Origin: Octopus sinensis
Taxonomy: Eukaryota
Direction of reading: 5' to 3'
DNA: 64,000 nt
Assembly: GCF_006345805.1 (NCBI RefSeq)
Contig: NC_043001.1
Span: forward strand, 105,400,001 to 105,464,000
A program made the translations under genes and the position numbers. Positions 1 to 11,689 of this stretch are shown here, piece by piece (position 1 is the first letter of the stretch; each line of letters opens with the position of its first letter). The notes under the pieces are model-generated. The model did not search any database, was not told the DNA's origin, and saw only the letters and a program-made list of their open reading frames with translations.

Positions 1-9
1 ATATTAAAT

Positions 10-425
10 ATCCAAAGGGAGTGCTAGAAGCGTCTAACATCGACATCGCCGTTTTAGGTGGTTTTGTTGCATATAGCAATGACCGGTTTCCGATGGCTGG
101 ACAGATTATCTCACTGAATCATTGCATCCCTCAGGATTTTGTAATCTTCATTCTCGGTGACTCCTTCTGGGGTTTTCTCATACTACGTCTTTTCTTTTCG
201 TAGGCTGTGATTTCCACAGAGGTTACAATCGATCATTCTTGAAACATTGTCATGCCGTCTTTTGTATTCGCCTTGTGCAAATTTTGGGTATTCGCTAACG
301 ATATACTATAACGATTTCACTCCGTTCACCACATATTCTGCCTTTGTTACTGTCCGCAGGTTGGTCTATTCTGTACGTCACATAGTTGGTTTTAACGCTT
401 GTTCTCGAGCTGTGCATGTGAGTGC
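10..425 (-). mobile_element. Decayed R4/Dong-type (RLE) non-LTR retrotransposon fragment: CCHC knuckle and endonuclease region
   Basis: Broken minus-strand translation gives EQALKT..YRID..RICGE, KFAQGEYKRRHDNV, TPEGVTENEDYKIL.DAMIQ and HRKP, matching the zinc-knuckle/RHD/KPD motifs of RLE elements. Stops and frameshifts are present. Confidence 0.75.
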
Positions 426-465
426 TCCTGTCTCTATCTTCAGACTACTCTTCCTCGGGCTTTCT

Positions 466-582
466 GAATCGTTATCACGCAAAACAAAACGCTTACATAT
501 TCCGTCTCTTCGTTCTGAGATCAAATGTCGCTGCGACCAACGTTGCTTTATATCCCTTCGGATCCAATGAATACCAGTTAGT
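466..582 (+). mobile_element. Decayed family A tRNA-derived SINE fragment
   Basis: gaatcgtta..cgttctgagatcaaat..cccttcgga..taccagtt aligns to the better copies at 3330-3562 and 23551-23776. Confidence 0.55.
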
Positions 583-1711
583 AGGTAATTGCGTACCAGT
601 ATATTTCATTTTGACACTGTAAATTATTCATCAAGATAGCGAAAAAGATAATTTTCATAACATTTCCTATTGTGTTTCTTGTAGCGCAATTTCTTCACGA
701 CCTGTCAAAAAGTTTCACCTTCGAATTGCTTATTAGTTCCACAGCAATTGTTATTACAGGTACCAAAACTATTATTCGGCAAAGTTGAGACCGGTAGTGG
801 TTCGGATTTTTTTTTTTATTTCAGGACATATGATAAATCTGTACTGAAAATATAAAAATAACAACGATAAATAAAGAACAAAACTGTATAACATATACAA
901 ATTAATACATTTATAAAGCAGAGTGTTTGTTTGATCGCTAATACGCCACTTAAAATTCTTAAAGTCTTGAATATTTTCTTTCGGGTTTCAACAAGCAAGC
1001 TGCCTTGTGCTGGCATTTTAGACATGGTAATGAATTAAAATTATAATGAATAAAGACAAATAACTACTTAAATGTGAGAAGAGGGCGTCCACACAGCAGC
1101 AGTCACACAGCAAATGGTATCGTGTGACGTAAACGCCTCGGAAGCCAAAACAAAACGGCCGCGCGCTGGGCTACTACAGCCTGCGAAATTCAAAGGTAGC
1201 CAGTTTCAAAAATAGTAGAATTTCTTGTAATTCCAGATTTCCAGATTCCGGATCAGAGGTTTGTTACCTGTAATCATTAAAAAAAGAATTGAATAATGCA
1301 GTCCTATTCTGATTGTAGACTCTTTAAGATTCAATTCTAACCTTGCTTAAATTTAATTTTATAAAATTAAACAAAAACACAAATGGTGCTTAAAATTGTT
1401 TTATGGACATCGTCGCATTCTTCCATACCTCTTTGAAGTCATCCCTTTTAGGAATCATGTAAAAAGTCCCAAGGTTATACTTTGAGCAAGAGAAAATCTA
1501 ATAAGTGCTACAAACGATGTAAAGGTTTTTTTGTTTGTTTTGGAATTGGAAATAATCGAATTTGCTGAATTTAAAGTTGATTTAAATGGCCGAATGAAAT
1601 ACAAATGGAAAATCTAAAAGAGACAGAAAATGGAAATTAGAAATAATTTGTAATCTTATGTTTTTGTTTGTAAAAGAAAAGGCCTTAGAGTCCATTTTTT
1701 CTTTACCTGCT

Positions 1712-2058
1712 TCATCATCTTCATCGTAGTCGTCATCGTCATCGTCATCATCATCATCACCACCTCCAACACCACCACTAACATCAGCATCATCATCACC
1801 CCCCACTACCATCATCAACATCATTATCCTCACCACCACCACTACCACCACCACCACCACCACCACCACCAACATAACCATGACCACAACCACAACCACC
1901 ACTACCACCACCAATACCATCACCACCACCACCACCAACATAACCATGACCACAACCACTACCACCACCACTACCACCATCACCACAACCACTACCACTA
2001 CCACCACCACCACCAACATAACCACGACCACAGCCACCACCACCATCACTACCCCACC

Positions 2059-2090
<32 letters not shown>

Positions 2091-2515
2091 AGCGGCCTAC
2101 ATAATGAGCCACGATAATGATCTTCCTCAGCATCATAAGCATCATCATCATAATCGTGAACATCATCACCATCTACTTCAGCCTATACTATTTCTTCCAA
2201 TCACTTCCTCATATACATGATTCTTATAATTATTCTCACCGCCCACGTTTTATTCTTCGTTCACCTCCGAAATATCATCACTATCACCATAACCACTTCA
2301 CTATTTGAAATCTTCTTCTTCTTCTTCTTCTTCTTCTTCTTCTTCTTCTTCTTCTTCTTCTTCTTCTTCTTCTTCTTCTTCTTCTTCTTCTTCTCTTCTT
2401 CTTCTTCTTTCTTCTTCTTCTTCTTCTCTCCCTTCCTTCTCCTTCCCCTTCTCCTCCTCCTCCCCTACTTCTTCTTCTTCTCCTTCTTCTTCAAAAAAAA
2501 AAAAAAGAAAAAAGA
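1712..2515. repeat. Compound microsatellite (CAT/CAC)n, (TTC)n, A-run
   Basis: Directly visible. It is the source of the poly-V/T/F/S ORFs. Confidence 0.97.
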
Positions 2516-2974
2516 AACCTTCAAAATATAAACCATCAAACGGAACCCAATTCTTAATACGCAGATACTGAAAAATAAATTACCACAGAAAAGCAAACAA
2601 AAAATTAAATAAACAGCGAAACAAAACCCTACAAAAACAAATATAGTGAAAACTAAGGTGAGAGCGGCAAAGAGAGCGGGGCGTTGGGGCGGGGGGTAGT
2701 GAGTTTATGCAAAAACGTTGAAGACAAAATACGCAGGAAAATATTATAATTAGCTTGTATTAGATGAATAAATCAATCAATAGTATGGAGAAGGTAGTGT
2801 TGTTTTTTTTTTCCTTTCCCAAACAATATTGATCGCCATTGAGGGGCAAATCAAAAGTAAGCAAATATGAGATACATTGTTGAGAGTAGCAGGAGTAAGC
2901 GTATTGGTAATGGTGTGAGGAGAAGAAAACTGTAGAGAAGTAGGAATGGGTGAATGTATAACAATGATAAAGAT

Positions 2975-3562
2975 TTGCAAATTGGGCCTGGAGAGCAGCA
3001 ATTTTGGGGAGGAGGATGAGGCGATTACAACGAATCCACGTAACTGGTACTCATTTTATCGACATCGAAAGAATAAAATGTAAAGTCGACGTCGTCGGAA
3101 TTTGAACTTAGAACATAGCGATGGGCGAAATATCGCTAAGCATTGCGTCTAGTGCGCTAAGGATTCTTTTCTACTCTAGGCACAAGGCCCGGAATTTCTG
3201 GGAAGAGGGCTTGTCGATTCGATTGACTCCAGTACGCAACTGGGACTTATTTTATCGACGCCGAAAGGGTGAAAGTTAAAATGACCTCGGTGGAATTTGA
3301 ACTGAGAACATAGCGACGGGCGAAATACCTATTTCTTTACTACCTACAAGGGACTAAAGACAGAGGAGACAAACAAGGAGAGACAGAGGGATTAAGTCGA
3401 TTATATCGACCCCAGTGCGTAACTGGTACTTATTTAATCGACCCCGAAAGGATGAAAAGCAAAGTCGACCTCGGCGGAATTTGAACTCAGAACGTAACAG
3501 CAAACGAAATACAGCTACGCATTTCGCCCGGCGTGATAACGATTCTGCCAATTCGCCACCTT
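2975..3562 (-). mobile_element. Three head-to-tail family A tRNA-derived SINE units (Octopus OK-like)
   Basis: The core gtcgacctcggcggaatttgaactcagaacg recurs at about 3085, 3283 and 3464. On the minus strand the B-box-like gttcaaattcc is present, and the head reads ggtggcgaattggcaga. Confidence 0.9.
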
Positions 3563-3689
3563 AAAAATAGCAATGATAATAATAATAACGGTTTTATTTA
3601 TCTGCCACCAGGACGAAGGATGAGGGGCACAATACGAAGGCAGACATGAAGTGTGGCGGGTTTGCATATGATGGAAGGATAACGTAATT

Positions 3690-4075
3690 CTATTCTTTAT
3701 TCTTCTATTCTTTTACTTGTCTCAGTCATTTTATTGTGGCCATGCTAGAACACCGCCTTTAGTCGAGCAAATCAACCCCAGGACTTATTTTTTGTAAGCC
3801 TTCTACTTATTCTATCGGTCACTTTTGCCGAACCGCTAAGTTACGGGGACGTAAACACACCAGCATCGGTTGTCAAGCGATGTTGGTGGTGGGGGGGACA
3901 AACACAGACACACGAACATGCACACGCACACAAAAATATATAAATATAAATATATATACGACGGGCTTCCTTCAGTTTCCATTTACCAAATCCACTCACA
4001 AGTCTTCGGTCAGCCCGAGGCCCCAGTGGAAGACACTTGCTTCAGGTGCCACGCGGTACACAATGAAAAGTAATG
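3690..4075 (-). mobile_element. Family B tRNA/CORE-like SINE (Octopus OR-like)
   Basis: Shares gccgaaccgctaag, gacgtaaacacaccagcatcggttgtcaagcg and cttcagtttcc with the copies at 31190, 32910, 34455 and 55238. Confidence 0.9.
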
Positions 4076-4129
4076 GCCGTGCACATAGTAGGGAGAAGGT
4101 TATAAAAAAACAGGGGGGATGGGGGAATG

Positions 4130-4222
4130 AAAATGATGACGATCATGATGATGTTGATAATGATGATTATTAGTAGTAGTTGCACTAGTAGTAGTAGTAG
4201 TAGTAGTAGTAGTAGCAGTAGC

Positions 4223-4254
<32 letters not shown>

Positions 4255-4815
4255 CAGTAGCAGTAGTAGTAGTAGTAGTGGTAGTAGTAGTAGTGGTGGA
4301 GGAAGACATGCTTACGTCATTTGTAAATATATCATGCTCCTCGCTGCTGCTGCTGCTTCTTTTGCCTTTATTGTTATCGTTTTTGATGTTGTTGTTGCTG
4401 CTCGCTTTTCTTCTGTTTTTGTCCACACCAACAAATGGTGGGAAAGCCTCCCTCGATTTGGGAAGCCATATGAATATATTTATTTTTGGTTTAAAATATG
4501 AAATTTGCAAGTCTAAACCTCAACATTGGTCCTTAAAGGACGAATGTCTAACCCCAGATCGGCTCGCACTGCTTGCAGCGAGCAGGATTGTTTAGTTAAC
4601 AGTTCAACGAAATTTGGAATCCCAACTAACAAAACAGTAACAAATAATAATGAGAAGAAGAAGGAGGAGGAGAAGAAGAAGAAGAAGAAGAAGGAGAAGA
4701 AGAAGAAGAAGAAGAAGAAGAAGAAGAAGGAAAAGAAAGAGTGCAGGAGCAGCAGCAGCAACATCACCAATACAATAAAAATCTTGATGATGATGATGAT
4801 GACGATGATGATGAC

Positions 4816-4846
<31 letters not shown>

Positions 4847-4895
4847 GTGGTGAAGGTGATAATGATGATGATGTTGATGATGTTGATGATGAGTG

Positions 4896-4952
<57 letters not shown>

Positions 4953-4985
4953 CAATGATGATGATGACGATGATGATGATGACTT
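4130..4985. repeat. Microsatellites (GAT)n, (TAG)n, (GAA)n, (GAT)n with unique spacers
   Basis: Directly visible. Confidence 0.95.
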
Positions 4986-5407
4986 CATGTGCCAGAAGTG
5001 CATTAGATAAGAGTGACAGAAGAACACTTGACAAGTGACGCTGGGAGCTTGCAAAAAAAAAAAAGATGAGGGGAAGAATTTTCAAAATAATATCTATAAT
5101 ATTGTTTTTGTTGTTGTTGTTGTTGGTGGTGGTGGATCTGCTCACTGAATCACAAGTTTAAGATGCTGCAGTTGGGTATGATATTGGCTTTCTCCATCAT
5201 CATTTGTATTTATTGAGTTCGCACTAACTTATTATTGTTATTATCAAGAGGTGTGCTAACGTTTTTCAGTGTCTTCTTCGTTCAGGAAAAGGAATTTTAT
5301 TCTCTCTTATTTGCTTATGGGTTTGTTTTTTTTTTTGTTTCTGTTATTATCGTTAAGTCATACAAATGGAGACGAAGCAAGAGAAGCAGGAGAAAGAGTT
5401 TAACACG

Positions 5408-5443
5408 ATATGTATGTATATATGTATGTATATATATTTATAT

Positions 5444-5475
<32 letters not shown>

Positions 5476-5628
5476 CATCCATATATATTTATATATATAT
5501 ATATAATATATATATATATACATCCATATATATTTATATATGTATGTATATGCTTATATTTGTATATATGCATGTATATATATATATGCATACATATATA
5601 TGTATGTATATATATTTATATATGTATG

Positions 5629-5710
<82 letters not shown>

Positions 5711-5870
5711 ATACATTCATATATATAGGTATATACATATATAAATATATACATACATGTATATATATATATATGCATACATATATATGTATGTATATGC
5801 TTATATTTGTATATATGCATGTATATATATATATATGTATATATGCACATATGCGTGTGTGTGTGTGTTT
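5408..5870. repeat. Long degenerate (TA)n/(TATG)n tract
   Basis: Directly visible. Confidence 0.95.
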
Positions 5871-6649
5871 TATATGTATTGAGATATATTTTTTCTTTTC
5901 TATTTACTCTAGTTTTAGGGCAAACATTCATTACATTACACATATGTTCGTGAGTGGCAGTGTGAGGAGATGAGTTATATAATAACTATCGCTGAATCTT
6001 TCTCCTTCACAAGCGGAAGAAAAGAACTCCAATTCTCATCGTTTTTGGTGACAATTGCCTAAATAACAGAGATAATTGCAATATTAGCAGAAATTCACAA
6101 AAAAAAAAACAAATAGCTCTAACAGATAAGAACGCAATACATATAATAAAAAGAATCACATTGATTTTAATTTAGGAAGAATAACATGTACCACGGCTAC
6201 GACTGTGTAAGTGGAGAGAAAACATGAAACTAAGGACGTTTATGGAAAAGAAATCAGGTTTACACAATGCATGTGCACAAGTATACTGAGTGGGTTCCAT
6301 TGAAAATCTTCTGTACAATCTTCTATTTTTTTTGCGACGCTATACACCATTTTTTGAGCTTATTATTCTTTCTAAAACCGGTTCATAATCCATTCGATGT
6401 AACTCCTCGGTAGAGACACAACGTCAATGATATTCACGTTCATAAGCCACATTACTTGAGACGTGGTCAATTTGGTTTTGTTTCTTTGTTCATTTTTCTC
6501 TTTTGCATCAGGTCTGAACCTGAATGATGCGGATAATTTAGCATAGAAATTTTAATATTGGTATTAATGCTTAGTTTAGTATCATAGTAAAAGTAATTAA
6601 GTATGAAGAAATCATTTTGGACACTGCAACCTGACAGGGAATTACCAAT

Positions 6650-7180
6650 ATCTAGAATTATGAGAAGATACCAGATATGTTCCTTTTTCGTTTAAATGCT
6701 TAAACCAAATGATTTTTACAGGAAATTAGGGAAAATACCAGTTACCCTAAAGTCTGTCCCATTAAAAGAAGTGAAGGCATTTTGGAATAGAATTTGAGCA
6801 GAAGAAAAACCACAATTAAATGGCTCCTTGGATTGATAGAATATCTACAGACTTAGACTTCTTAGAAAAACAAAAGTGGGAGGGTATTAAGGTAGAAGAT
6901 AGAAGATCTGCTCTCAGTAAATCAAACAAATGAAACTCTCCAGGGAAGGAAAACATTCCTTACTTCTGGTTGAATGCCTTCCCAGAGAGCCATGAAAGGC
7001 TGACAAAACCTTACGACAATGTTTTGTAACAACCTCGTATGATTCCCTGTTGGCTTGTTAATGGTGTAACATTCCTACGTCCAATGAATGAAGAAACAAA
7101 TGAACCAAAAAATTATAGATCCATAACCTGCTTAACAAGTTTGTATAAAATGCTAACATCTGCCTTGACTGAATATAACT
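6650..7180 (+). mobile_element. Decayed R4/Dong-type RT N-terminal fragment
   Basis: Broken translation SPG...IPYFWLNAF..H..L and IPCWLVNGVTFL.P..EETNEPKNYRSITCLTSLYKMLTS, matching RT domains 0/1 (NYRPITCL). Confidence 0.75.
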
Positions 7181-7339
7181 AAGCCTATAATAGAAAGGTT
7201 TGTTATTGTGTACATAGTATTGTGTACCACAGGGTATGTTGGCGTTTTTTTACTCGTGTACAGCGCTGCCATCTCTAGGTGTAGATTTACGTTTCTTGAA
7301 GATTTATGAAGGTTTTTGTGGTTGTGTGCGGTTTTCTTT

Positions 7340-7565
7340 TCTTCTATATGTTTCCGTCATCAGGCTGCGGCCATGGTGGTGCACAGCCTTGAGGAATCTT
7401 AGTCGAACAAATCGACCGCAAGGAATGATTTTGCAGCTTGGTACATACTCAATCGCTTGGTCACAGCAACGGAAACAACAAAGACGGTTGTCAAGCGGCA
7501 GTGGTGAGGTGGGCACAGAATCAAAGACATACATATCCACACACACACAAACACACACGCACACA
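7340..7565 (-). mobile_element. Decayed family B SINE, 3' part
   Basis: gcggccatg..ttagtcgaacaaatcgacc..cggttgtcaagcgg matches the other copies. Confidence 0.65.
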
Positions 7566-7693
7566 GACAAATTAAATAAAACTGTTTAATATTGGGGCTT
7601 TTATGCTCCCATATTAGACTATTTTCATTAGCCACTACATGGTGATCCGTGATCGCTTATAATCTTTAAGCTTATGGAATAACATATATACAG

Positions 7694-9065
7694 CAGGCGC
7701 AGGAGTGACTGTGTGGTAAGTAGCTTGCTTACTGCACATGCGTGAGTCAGTATAGTTTTTGCCCTGAATGCTGTCAAGACGTGCTTTTGCAGCGGTCTTG
7801 AAGTGAAGAGCGTTGAAGACGCGACTGTAAGGTAGGCATCTGATTTTGGGGGCGGATTTAGTGGGGTTTTGTCGTATGATATTGTTTTTCCTTTTGCAAA
7901 TAAGAAATCCTCACTGGGTCCCGGACATTTGCCTGCCTGCGGTCGCGGTAAGTGGCTCACTTAGCTCTGTGAATTGTTGTTTTGTTGGCGTGTCTCAGCT
8001 CCCCCCACCCCCAAAAAGTTGTGGAATTTTACCAAAAATTGTGGATTTTACCAAAAATTTGTGAAAATCGTACCAATTTGTGGAGCTCTGTTCCTGCTGG
8101 TGGATCACCCTGGACAAAGAGTACTGTTGGCCGGAGTTGGCCGAAGTCCCGGAACTCCCTCGGTGGGAATTGTGCCACCGACGGGTGAAAAGTCATCGTC
8201 GGTGGGAGTTGTGCCACCGACGGTGGAAGGAACGTCCCCGCCCTCTGAAGACGAAGAATTACTTGTCTTCTCGTACAGGGGTGGGGAGATGGAAAATGGT
8301 GGAGGAACTCCAAGAGAGAGTAGATCTGGCCTACATACGGGGTCCCGTATGGCCTCTGCAGATAGGTATGGAGGTAATAAGGTTATACATGTTGCAAATG
8401 CTGGAAAAAAAACTGAAAGAGGAGTTTCGCTTATGGCCGGATGGCCCTGAAACGTCATACTCCACATTTTTGAACGAGGCATGGAAATAGCGGGGTATGG
8501 GGTCATAAGTGATATTGAACATGATGGACATATTAACAAGTAAGAGGTTAAAACGCGTCGTTAGTGTTAAATGGTAAGAAGTTTTGAAACATCATCCTAT
8601 TTTAAAGAAAAATTGTTTTCGGAAAGCGGCGGTCGGCGGTCGCTGTTCACTTCCCCCATTCATTCAAATATTTTTCATTGATCTCATTAATGTAACCAGC
8701 CAGCAGCTACTTCTATGTAATGCCATTGTGGAAAATTATATGAAAAAAAGCAGCTTGCTTACCAACCATATGGCCCTGGGCTCAGTCACTCTGCAAGGCA
8801 CCTTAGACAAGTGTTCTCTACTATAGCCTCACGCCGACTAAAGCATTGTGAGTGGTTTTGGTGGACGGAAACTGAGAGAAGCTTGTTCCACCACCATCGC
8901 TTGACAACCGATGTTGGTGTGTTTACGTCCTCATAACTTAGCGGTTCGTCAAAACAGACCGATAGAATAAGTATTAGGTTTACAAAGAATGTCCTGGTGT
9001 CGATTTGTTCGACTAAAGCTGTCTTCCAGCATGTCCGCAGTCAAATGACTGAAAGAAAGGAAAGA

Positions 9066-9068
<3 letters not shown>
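7694..9068 (+). mobile_element. Family B SINE split by a 1-kb insertion (head 7694-7732, remainder 8752-9068)
   Basis: The head aggcgcaggagtgactgtgtggtaagtagcttgcttac continues at 8752 as agcttgcttaccaaccatatgg..caccttagacaagtg..gcagtcaaatgactgaaa. Confidence 0.85.
7733..8751 (+). mobile_element. Internally deleted non-LTR element (probably L1/Tx1 clade) with 11-bp TSD
   Basis: Direct repeat AGCTTGCTTAC at 7722-7732 and 8752-8762, an A-rich 3' end (gaaaaaaag), and a GC-richer ORF1-like interior. The clade assignment is inference. Confidence 0.6.
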
Positions 9069-9132
<64 letters not shown>

Positions 9133-9137
<5 letters not shown>

Positions 9138-9522
9138 GAGAATGTGTGTGTGTGTCTGTCTGTGCGTTTCCCTAAAACTTGAGAACTACACAACCTTTAT
9201 ATCTGGGACGTAGGACGTCCCGGATAAAAATTAAAAATGTCCCCACAGAAGTAGAGGTAGGCTGGATTGTAGCCACACTTCTATACAAGAGGGAGGAAAA
9301 GATACAATTGATCGAACTTGCAAGAGACGGGCCTACAATTCCAGTCTGTTATATGTTTTGAGTATTGTTATCACTAGCGATATCAAGATATAACTTTGTA
9401 TTTTGTATTTTATGTGTAGATGTATAAATATAGGTGTACATGTAATATGTACATATATATATATATACACGTATATACATGCACTTGTACTATGACCCGG
9501 CACCGACGGGACATAATGCTAG
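9133..9522 (+). mobile_element. Non-autonomous Helitron with a foreign 140-bp interior
   Basis: Both ends match the 42782-43640 element: 5' ctgagaatgtg..ccctaaaacttgagaactacacaac, and 3' hairpin cccggcaccgacggg followed by CTAG|T. Confidence 0.8.
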
Positions 9523-9544
9523 TATATATATATAGATAGATAGA

Positions 9545-9705
9545 TAGGTGCGACAGGTTCCTTTCAGTTTCCGTTTATCAGATGAACGCACAAAATGTTT
9601 GTCGGCCTGGGGCTATAGTAGAATTACTTGTCCAAGGATCCACATTGCTGTAGCGAACCGAGGACATGTGTTTGTGAAGCGAGCTTCTTATCACACAGCT
9701 ACGCT
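9545..9705 (-). mobile_element. Family B SINE, 5' part, decayed
   Basis: ctttcagtttccgt..ggctatagtagaattacttgtccaagg..cacacagc. Confidence 0.7.
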
Positions 9706-9869
9706 TTCTGTTTCTCAGAAACGTTTATATTTTTGAGTTTCATGCAATATGTGATTTGTAATTTTATTGTGTAGTGATTATAATTTTCGTTTCGTTGAAG
9801 TTCCTTTTTTTTCTGTCTTGCCATCTGATGGTCATGTGAATTACTGCTCTGTCAGCTGTTTTCTATATT

Positions 9870-10050
9870 TTGTTGCAACTTTTGGCGCAAGGCTATGTGT
9901 TGGAGAGGGAGTAGTCTATTATATCGCCCTCTGTGCGTGAATGCTACTTTATTTTATCGATTCCGGAAGGATGAAAGGCAAAGTCGACCCCGGCGGTATT
10001 TGAAATCAGAACGTTATGAGCAGGAAGAAAATGCCATTAAACATTTTGTC
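9870..10050 (-). mobile_element. Family A SINE, decayed
   Basis: ggaaggatgaaaggcaaagtcgaccccggcggtatttgaa. Confidence 0.8.
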
Positions 10051-10734
10051 CGACGTGTTGACGATACATAACTACTGGAAACAATTTCTGAAGAATATTA
10101 GTTGTTTAATATAATGGTGATCTGTGGACGTTGAATATATGAGATTGTAAAATGAAAGTCCTTAAAAACTGGATCTGATATCGGATCATGTTTTTATTTC
10201 ACTTACAAACGTAGTAAATATTTCTCCGTGTGCCATGTATATACATAAAGTAAACATCACTAACTCATTAGCACACATATATTAAGAAATAGCTGCAAAT
10301 CATATACAAATATAAGTAAAACAGAGATCAATGCATCCACGAAATATACAGAAGGTATAAAGGGAAACGCATTTCTCTTTTTATTTTCACTTCAAAATTT
10401 CGGTGATGTTTTATAGTGTGTACACTAGTTTTAGTGCAACGTTTTCAACCATACTGCAGTAGGCCAACATCCTACTTATACATTAGATTCACTTGTGCTC
10501 CTTTGAAGTCTTTCATATCCTGATTAGATATTCTACCCTGTTTATCATTCACTGCATAAAAAGAATGTTTGGAGAGAATTTGGAAAACGTGAAATATGAC
10601 ACACAAACCACAACCTAAATAATTAAATTTCTCCCAAATGTTATCACATTTAGTGTACAGTATGGATCTGTTTTGAGATTAAAATGGCTTCTTTCAATGG
10701 TAACCAAAACTTTCGTTCTTGGAAGTTTAAGAGA

Positions 10735-11341
10735 GGCCAAAGCATGGCTATGTGTTAAAATGTTTACTTCCCAAACACATGGTTCCAGGTTCAGTCCTGC
10801 TGTGTGAATACTTCAGCAAGCGTCTCCTACAAAAGACTAGGGCCGACCGAAGCCTTGTGAGTAGATTTGGTCGACGACGGAAACTGACAGAAGTTCATCA
10901 TGTACATACATATACGCAAACACACACACACACATACATACATTTATATACATACACACTTGCGTCAGAAATTAATTAGCACTTCTCAAATTTCTACATC
11001 AAATAGGTTAAATCAATTAACCTATGAGCTGTTCAAAACGTCTTACGCGATGAGAAAACTTAGTATGGTGTGATTTCGGTCCTTGCGAGGCGCTACCTAT
11101 ATCTATTAAACAAAGGAAGATTTGTCTGCATCCGCACTCCAAGTTGTTGCACTGCTATGTCAACATCATAAGGCTGTAGACTCTCAAACTGCTCTGCAAA
11201 CAAAGTTACGTCATCGTTCTGCGCAACAGTGAACTCGCAACAAAGCAATAGTTCGAGATATGGCCACTTGGTGACAGCACATACCTTGAGTGAAGAGCAA
11301 ATGAAGGGTGCTAATTAATTTCTGACGGTAGTGTACATGCA

Positions 11342-11392
<51 letters not shown>

Positions 11393-11642
11393 ATGTGTGT
11401 GTGTGTGTGTGTGTGTGTTGTGTGTGTGTGTGTGTATCTTTGCGTATATGTTTATCTCTGACACAGATTGACAAGCAGTAATATTTTGCTTACGTTCTCG
11501 TCATTTAGCAGTCCAGCAAAAGTGACCGATGTAAAAGGCACAAGGCTTAAAAAAGTGCCGAGGTCGACTTGTTACTCTAAAAGCTCTTCAAGGTTGTGTC
11601 CTATCATGGCCGCGACCTAGTGACTGAAGTTAGTAAAAGTCA
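10735..11642 (+). mobile_element. Family B SINE interrupted by a MITE in its internal microsatellite
   Basis: 5' half at 10735-10950 and decayed 3' half at about 11440-11642. Confidence 0.7.
10957..11333. mobile_element. Tc1/mariner-type MITE (about 380 bp)
   Basis: TIRs cacttgcgtcagaaattaattagcac and gtgctaattaatttctgacggtagtg (19-bp perfect core). The right end is followed by TA. No ORF. Confidence 0.85.
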
Positions 11643-11689
11643 ACGGGTCTACAGCTCGGCATTTGAAGTGGCAGGTCCATGTAGCTGTA

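Noticed and set aside
816-1200. 69-aa minus ORF with an upstream CpG-rich patch as a possible first exon or promoter
   Set aside because: No recognisable protein similarity or convincing splice donor, and the ORF tail is AT-rich low complexity.
1582-5973. Long ORFs rich in V/T/S/D/I/M/K or YI repeats (also at 15-16, 19, 32-34, 49, 54, 57 and 62 kb)
   Set aside because: These are translations of tri- and dinucleotide microsatellites that lack stops. They show no domain or splice evidence.
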